From: an uncultured cyanobacterium
Lineage (GTDB): Bacteria; Cyanobacteriota; Cyanobacteriia; PCC-9006; JAAUQQ01
Assembly (NCBI GenBank): GCA_963718615.1
Contig: OY970368.1
Location: forward strand, 1,280,001-1,344,000
Length of the DNA stretch: 64,000 nt
Direction: 5' to 3'
Shown here: piece after piece, positions 59,656 to 64,000 of the stretch
Layout of the letters: every line of letters starts with the position of its first letter
Position numbering within the stretch: the stretch's first letter is position 1
Made by a program: the position numbers and the translations under genes
Notes under the pieces: model-generated
What the model saw: the letters and a program-made list of their open reading frames with translations, nothing else
Told to the model about the DNA's origin: nothing
The model's database searches: none

Positions 59656-61749
59656 ATGGTTCGTGCTTCATCGTTTGATGTTTTTGACACCGTTTTGACT
59701 CGGAGTGTCGGTTCGCCAGAGTCCAGTTTTTTGTTACTGGGTAAGCAGTTACAAGGGCGATCGCTCATTTCCTGCACGGCAGAAGCCTTTGCCCGGATCC
59801 GTCGCGATGCCGAACAGCGGGCCTTTGCCAATGGCGGTGGGCTGGATTCCTCGGTGGACCTCCGCCAAATCTATGAAGAAGTGGGGTTTGTGCTGCGGCT
59901 CACTGCCGCAGAGCAGATGCAACTGTTAGAGGCGGAACTTGCGCTAGAGCGATCGCTGTTGCAACCGGTGCCTGCGGCCCAGGATTTACTAAAAGCGGCC
60001 CGTGCCCGAGGCGAACAGATTTTGTTTGTGTCGGATATGTATGTGGGCACAGAATTTGTTCAGGACATGCTGCAACGGCATGGGTTGGCTCAAGCGGGCG
60101 ATCGCATCTACGTCTCCTGTGACCATGCCCAATCCAAGCAATCCCAGCGATTGTATGGGCTCATGCTTCAGCAGGAAGGTCTAGCCCCAGGGGACGTTAC
60201 TCACTGCGGCAATAATGCCTGGGCCGATGTCAAAATGGCTCACCGTAGCGGTCTTCTGACCCATCCCTTTGACCAGGGGAACCTCAATCGCTACGAAGAG
60301 ATCTTAGAAGCCCATGCCTGGAAAACCGAGGGTCTTTCTTCTGCCTTGGCGGGGGCCTCGCGTTTGGCTCGGCTGTCTCGGCCCGTGGCCTCGGACCATG
60401 AGCGGGCATTGCGAGATGTGGCGGCGAGTGTGGCTGCTCCTTTTTTGGTGGGCTTCACGCTGTGGGTGCTCAAACGCGCCAAAAAGCTGGGGTTGAAGCG
60501 GCTGTATTTCTTGGCTCGGGATGGGCAGGTTTTGTTGGCGATCGCCCGTCGTCTGATCAAAAAGTTCGATTTTGATTGCGAGCTGCACTATCTCTACGGC
60601 AGTCGGCAGGCTTGGCTGCTGCCGAGTCTGACCCAGGTCAACGAAGAGAGTTTGGCCAATATTTTCCCGGTAGATGTGGATGTCGATCTGTTATCCATTC
60701 GGGTCCTACTGGCCAGATTTCAGCTGCAGCCGGAGGAAATCGCGGACTGTCTGCTTGGCCTAGGGCTCACCCCCAGCGATTGGGATCGGCAATTAACGCC
60801 CACAGAACACCGGGCCTTGCGCCATCAGTTTTTAACCCCCGGTCCGGTCCAAGATCAGGTCTTGGCCAAGGCAGCGGCAGCGCGCCAACTGCTGAAAACC
60901 TATCTCCAGGATGTCGGCGTTTTGAGCGGTCAACCCATGGGCTTAATTGATCTGGGGACCGGCGCAACGCTCTTCCATGCCCTGTCTGCCCTCTGCGCCA
61001 GCGAGAAAATCAGATCGCCCCACGGGTTTTACCTCGGGCTACGGCAGGGGGTCAAGGCTTCTCGATTTGGCATGCCAGAGGTTTATCTTCAGGATCAGCG
61101 TCGCAACCTCGGCTTTACGGATGCCCAGGGATTGGTGACCATGCTAGAGACCTTCTGTAGCGCGGATCATGGCTCTGTCATTGGCTATCGCCTCGTGAAC
61201 GAGTCTTCGGAGCTTGCGGCACTGGGCAACGTCAGGCGTGTCGAGCCTATTTTCACAGAACCCCAAAACCAACGAGTACTCGATTGGGGATATGACCTCG
61301 TTCGCGAAACCATTTATGCCGTGGCCGATCGCCTGCTGCTCGATCCCGCACTGCTCAATCCCGAAGCAACCCTCTGCGGGGCCTGCCTCGATCTTTTCAA
61401 CGTCTTTTGGAACCACCCCACTCGCTCAGAGAGCATTGCCTGGGGTTCGTTTCCCATGGAGGATGGCTGGGGCAAGGAAGCGGTGTCTATTCCTTTGGCG
61501 ATGGCCTATGGTTGGGCAGATTTAGCCAAGCGTCACCATCGCCGTCATTGGTGGCATGGGGCAGCCCTCGCCCAAAGCGCTAGGCCGATCCAGTGGGCCT
61601 TCTGGATTCGGATTCGGGTGGAGAAGCAGCTCAAAGCCCTTAAACAGCGGCTACAGGCGGAGCAAAAGCGGCGTCAGGGGGCGATCGCCCTCTCCCAGAA
61701 CCGTTCTTCTTCCCTGGCGTTTAATCCATCACCGCCCTATCGAGAATAA
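59656..61749 (+). CDS. HAD-superfamily hydrolase-like protein (polysaccharide-locus type)
   Basis: SFDVFDT..TR, VSDMY, YVSC...SK, HCGNN..AD, YFLARDG. Confidence 0.8.
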   Translation: MVRASSFDVFDTVLTRSVGSPESSFLLLGKQLQGRSLISCTAEAFARIRRDAEQRAFANGGGLDSSVDLRQIYEEVGFVLRLTAAEQMQLLEAELALERSLLQPVPAAQDLLKAARARGEQILFVSDMYVGTEFVQDMLQRHGLAQAGDRIYVSCDHAQSKQSQRLYGLMLQQEGLAPGDVTHCGNNAWADVKMAHRSGLLTHPFDQGNLNRYEEILEAHAWKTEGLSSALAGASRLARLSRPVASDHERALRDVAASVAAPFLVGFTLWVLKRAKKLGLKRLYFLARDGQVLLAIARRLIKKFDFDCELHYLYGSRQAWLLPSLTQVNEESLANIFPVDVDVDLLSIRVLLARFQLQPEEIADCLLGLGLTPSDWDRQLTPTEHRALRHQFLTPGPVQDQVLAKAAAARQLLKTYLQDVGVLSGQPMGLIDLGTGATLFHALSALCASEKIRSPHGFYLGLRQGVKASRFGMPEVYLQDQRRNLGFTDAQGLVTMLETFCSADHGSVIGYRLVNESSELAALGNVRRVEPIFTEPQNQRVLDWGYDLVRETIYAVADRLLLDPALLNPEATLCGACLDLFNVFWNHPTRSESIAWGSFPMEDGWGKEAVSIPLAMAYGWADLAKRHHRRHWWHGAALAQSARPIQWAFWIRIRVEKQLKALKQRLQAEQKRRQGAIALSQNRSSSLAFNPSPPYRE

Positions 61750-61983
61750 CCGCCCCGAGATTAACGGCCCTGACCCTCAGCAGCCTGTGGCAAGACCGTC
61801 ATCCCATTGCCATGGCAACGTCATATCTCGCCGTTATGCTGGTGAGTGTTCATACTTCTCACACACCACGGGTCAGGGGAATTTCCCCTGGCTTTTTTGT
61901 GGCTGGATTCTGGTCGGGTTGCGCTACAGTGACAGCGATATGTAATGGTGTAACTCGTTGTGTAATTCAAGGATCGCTTAACC

Positions 61984-63780
61984 GTGCGTCGCTGGTTTTT
62001 GCTTAACTGGTTTTGGCTTCAACGGATTCAAGGCTGGGTCGCCCTGCCGCATCAACCTCAACGAAAAGCTTTTCGACCCAGCGTCCTCTTGGTTGCGGGA
62101 CTGGGCTGTTTCCTGGTCATGGCGATCGAGACGGCTCCTGGCTGGACCCAATTACCGTCTCCGACTCCCCCAGTTCCTCAAAACCCACCGATTCCTGCTT
62201 CTAGTAGCCCTGACTCTAGCTCTAGCAGTCCCGCACTCTCGGTTTCCAATACCCTGTTGAATTCCTTTTGGCGCGTTCCCAATCCCACTGCATCTTTGGC
62301 AACGGAATGGATTCGGCTGGATGGAACTCGGATTTTTCAAATTGCAGGGCTCAGTAATAATTTGCCCGAACGTCAGCAGCAGGTTCAGGCGAATTTGCAA
62401 CGCATTGCCCAAGCTTATTTTCGCGATCGCGACGCCGATCTCCAAGTCCAAATTCAAGAATCCGAGGGCCAACCCGTCCTGCGGGTTAATGACAGCTATT
62501 TGCTGACGGTCACGGCCTACGATGCCCAGCTCCGGGGGATCGAGCAACAGGATTGGGCCACGGAACTTCAGACGATTTTGGAGCGATCGCTGGTCCAAGC
62601 CAAACAAGCTCGGCAGCGTCCAGCGTTGATTGAACAGGGTAAAAAAGCTGCTGTTTTGTTCGTGACAATTCTCATTGGCAGCTTTGTTCTAGAAAACTAT
62701 AAACAACAACTACAACGTCGCCCGGTTTCCCTGGGAGATCCGGAACAACCCCTCTCGTTGCTTCAACGATGGCGACTCAATCAGGGCAGACTGCGCACGC
62801 TTAAACAGCAATTGATTCAAACCAGCCAAACCGCCCTTTGGATCGGGGGATGGCTCTATGGACTATCTTTATTTCCCTACACCCGCCCCATGGCCGTTTG
62901 GCTCGCGGTCAGTTTGCGTATTCCGCTGGTGATCAGTGCGGTTTTAGCCGGGGTTTATATTTTAGTGCGGTTGAGTCATTTGTTAGTTGATCGCTTTAGT
63001 TTAGCCCTGAGTAGCAATCCCCTTTTGGCGAGAGGGCCATTGGAACGAGCCCATCAGCGGATCAATACCATTGCTCGGGTAATCAAAGGTCTAACGGTTT
63101 TGCTGATCGCCAGTACAGGGATTATTATTACGCTTCTTATTTTAGGCATTGATATCGGTCCCCTCCTAGCCGGTGCAGGCCTTTTAGGCGTCGCGATTTC
63201 CCTTGCATCCCAAAACGTCATTAAAGACGCGATTAATGGATTTTTGATTGTCCTAGAAGATCAATATGGCGTCGGCGATATTGTGCAAATTGGCGAATGG
63301 ACTGGTTTAGTTGAAGATCTAAATCTGCGCATTACCCAATTGCGAAACTCTGAAGGTAAGCTGATTTCAATTCCCAACAGCGAAGTCAAGATCGTTGCTA
63401 ATCTATCGAGTAATTGGGCGAGGGTTGATCTGAATATTCCGGTACCCTATGAAGTTAACTTAGAAAAAGCACTGGATCTGATTCAAACGACGGCGATCGC
63501 CCTCAGCCAAGAAGAACCTTGGTCTAACCTGATTTTGGAAGAACCACAGCTCATGGGTGTTGAAGACTTTAGCGAACGCGGTTTAGTCATTAAACTATGG
63601 ATCAAAACCCAGCCGCTCAAGCAATGGGAAGTCGCTCGAGAATACCGACGTCGACTCAAGCGTAGCTTTGATGAGGCCGGTATTGAAATTCCAGCTCAGC
63701 AGCGATCGCTCTGGTATCACATGCCACCCTTGGAAGAGATTCAAGTTTTAAATGCTAAAACCGATGCTGGACAAACGTGA
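61984..63780 (+). CDS. MscS family channel with large periplasmic N-terminus
   Basis: AGAGLLGVAISLASQNVIKD, EDQYGVGD, GLVE.LNLRITQLR, IPNS, QWEVARE. Confidence 0.92.
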   Translation: MRRWFLLNWFWLQRIQGWVALPHQPQRKAFRPSVLLVAGLGCFLVMAIETAPGWTQLPSPTPPVPQNPPIPASSSPDSSSSSPALSVSNTLLNSFWRVPNPTASLATEWIRLDGTRIFQIAGLSNNLPERQQQVQANLQRIAQAYFRDRDADLQVQIQESEGQPVLRVNDSYLLTVTAYDAQLRGIEQQDWATELQTILERSLVQAKQARQRPALIEQGKKAAVLFVTILIGSFVLENYKQQLQRRPVSLGDPEQPLSLLQRWRLNQGRLRTLKQQLIQTSQTALWIGGWLYGLSLFPYTRPMAVWLAVSLRIPLVISAVLAGVYILVRLSHLLVDRFSLALSSNPLLARGPLERAHQRINTIARVIKGLTVLLIASTGIIITLLILGIDIGPLLAGAGLLGVAISLASQNVIKDAINGFLIVLEDQYGVGDIVQIGEWTGLVEDLNLRITQLRNSEGKLISIPNSEVKIVANLSSNWARVDLNIPVPYEVNLEKALDLIQTTAIALSQEEPWSNLILEEPQLMGVEDFSERGLVIKLWIKTQPLKQWEVAREYRRRLKRSFDEAGIEIPAQQRSLWYHMPPLEEIQVLNAKTDAGQT

Positions 63781-63825
63781 CTAAAATCTTCACTAAAATC
63801 TTCAAGGATGACCCATGCTTTAGCC

Positions 63826-64000
63826 CTAAACGCGATGTTTCATCATCTGGGCAGGCAGCAATTGAGGCAATCCCTCCCTCTGAGGTTCAGACCAGTAGCT
63901 GAGCCGCCAATCTTGAGTGGCAGCGAAAGTTGTTTCGTCCCAACTCAAGACACCAACGGGCAACTGCGTGAGTTGATGAAACTGAGCAAAGAGGGCTTGT
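63826..64000 (-). CDS. 3' end of a hypothetical protein entering from outside the window
   Basis: Open frame QALFAQFHQLTQLPVGVLSWDE...MMKHRV*. Confidence 0.3.
   Translation of the reverse strand, partial: QALFAQFHQLTQLPVGVLSWDETTFAATQDWRLSYWSEPQREGLPQLLPAQMMKHRV

Larger units (their letters stand above)
1..64000. repeat. HIP1 palindrome GCGATCGC, dozens of copies
   Basis: e.g. 1710, 4721, 17269, 24290, 30570, 31367, 42093, 50733, 52325, 52899. Confidence 0.97.

Noticed and set aside
61205-61216. CTTCGGAGCTTG shared with the HIP1 insert in xisI
   Set aside because: Only 12 nt and not in a HIP1 context; plausible by chance

Overview
Chromosomal segment of a cyanobacterium: the HIP1 octamer GCGATCGC is very frequent, and chlH, XisH/XisI, Uma2 and DUF1830 genes are present. 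Housekeeping genes include chlH, metH, leuA, acnB, lpxC-fabZ-lpxA-lpxB, three MscS channels, ABC ATPases and tRNA-Gly(CCC). The centre (about 31.9-52.4 kb) is a ~20.5 kb integrase-less defence island abutting the tRNA-Gly 3' end. It carries a complete type 6 BREX system (brxE-brxA-brxB-brxC-pglX-pglZ-brxD-brxHI) with toxin-antitoxin/nuclease cassettes inserted on both sides of pglX. The most unusual signal is compositional: the top strand is repeatedly G/T-rich to the left and C/A-rich to the right of HIP1 sites, regardless of gene orientation, and this reaches kilobase scale around the pglX target-recognition domain. HIP1 is also the exact breakpoint of a chlH 3'-end duplication flanking a ParDE module, and the target of a 24-nt in-frame insertion in xisI. 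Other observations: in-frame palindromic/REP insertions in metH and pglX, a Leu-rich leader peptide upstream of leuA, and repeated deletions of putative nuclease genes. All family assignments come from motif recognition by eye; no database searches were run.
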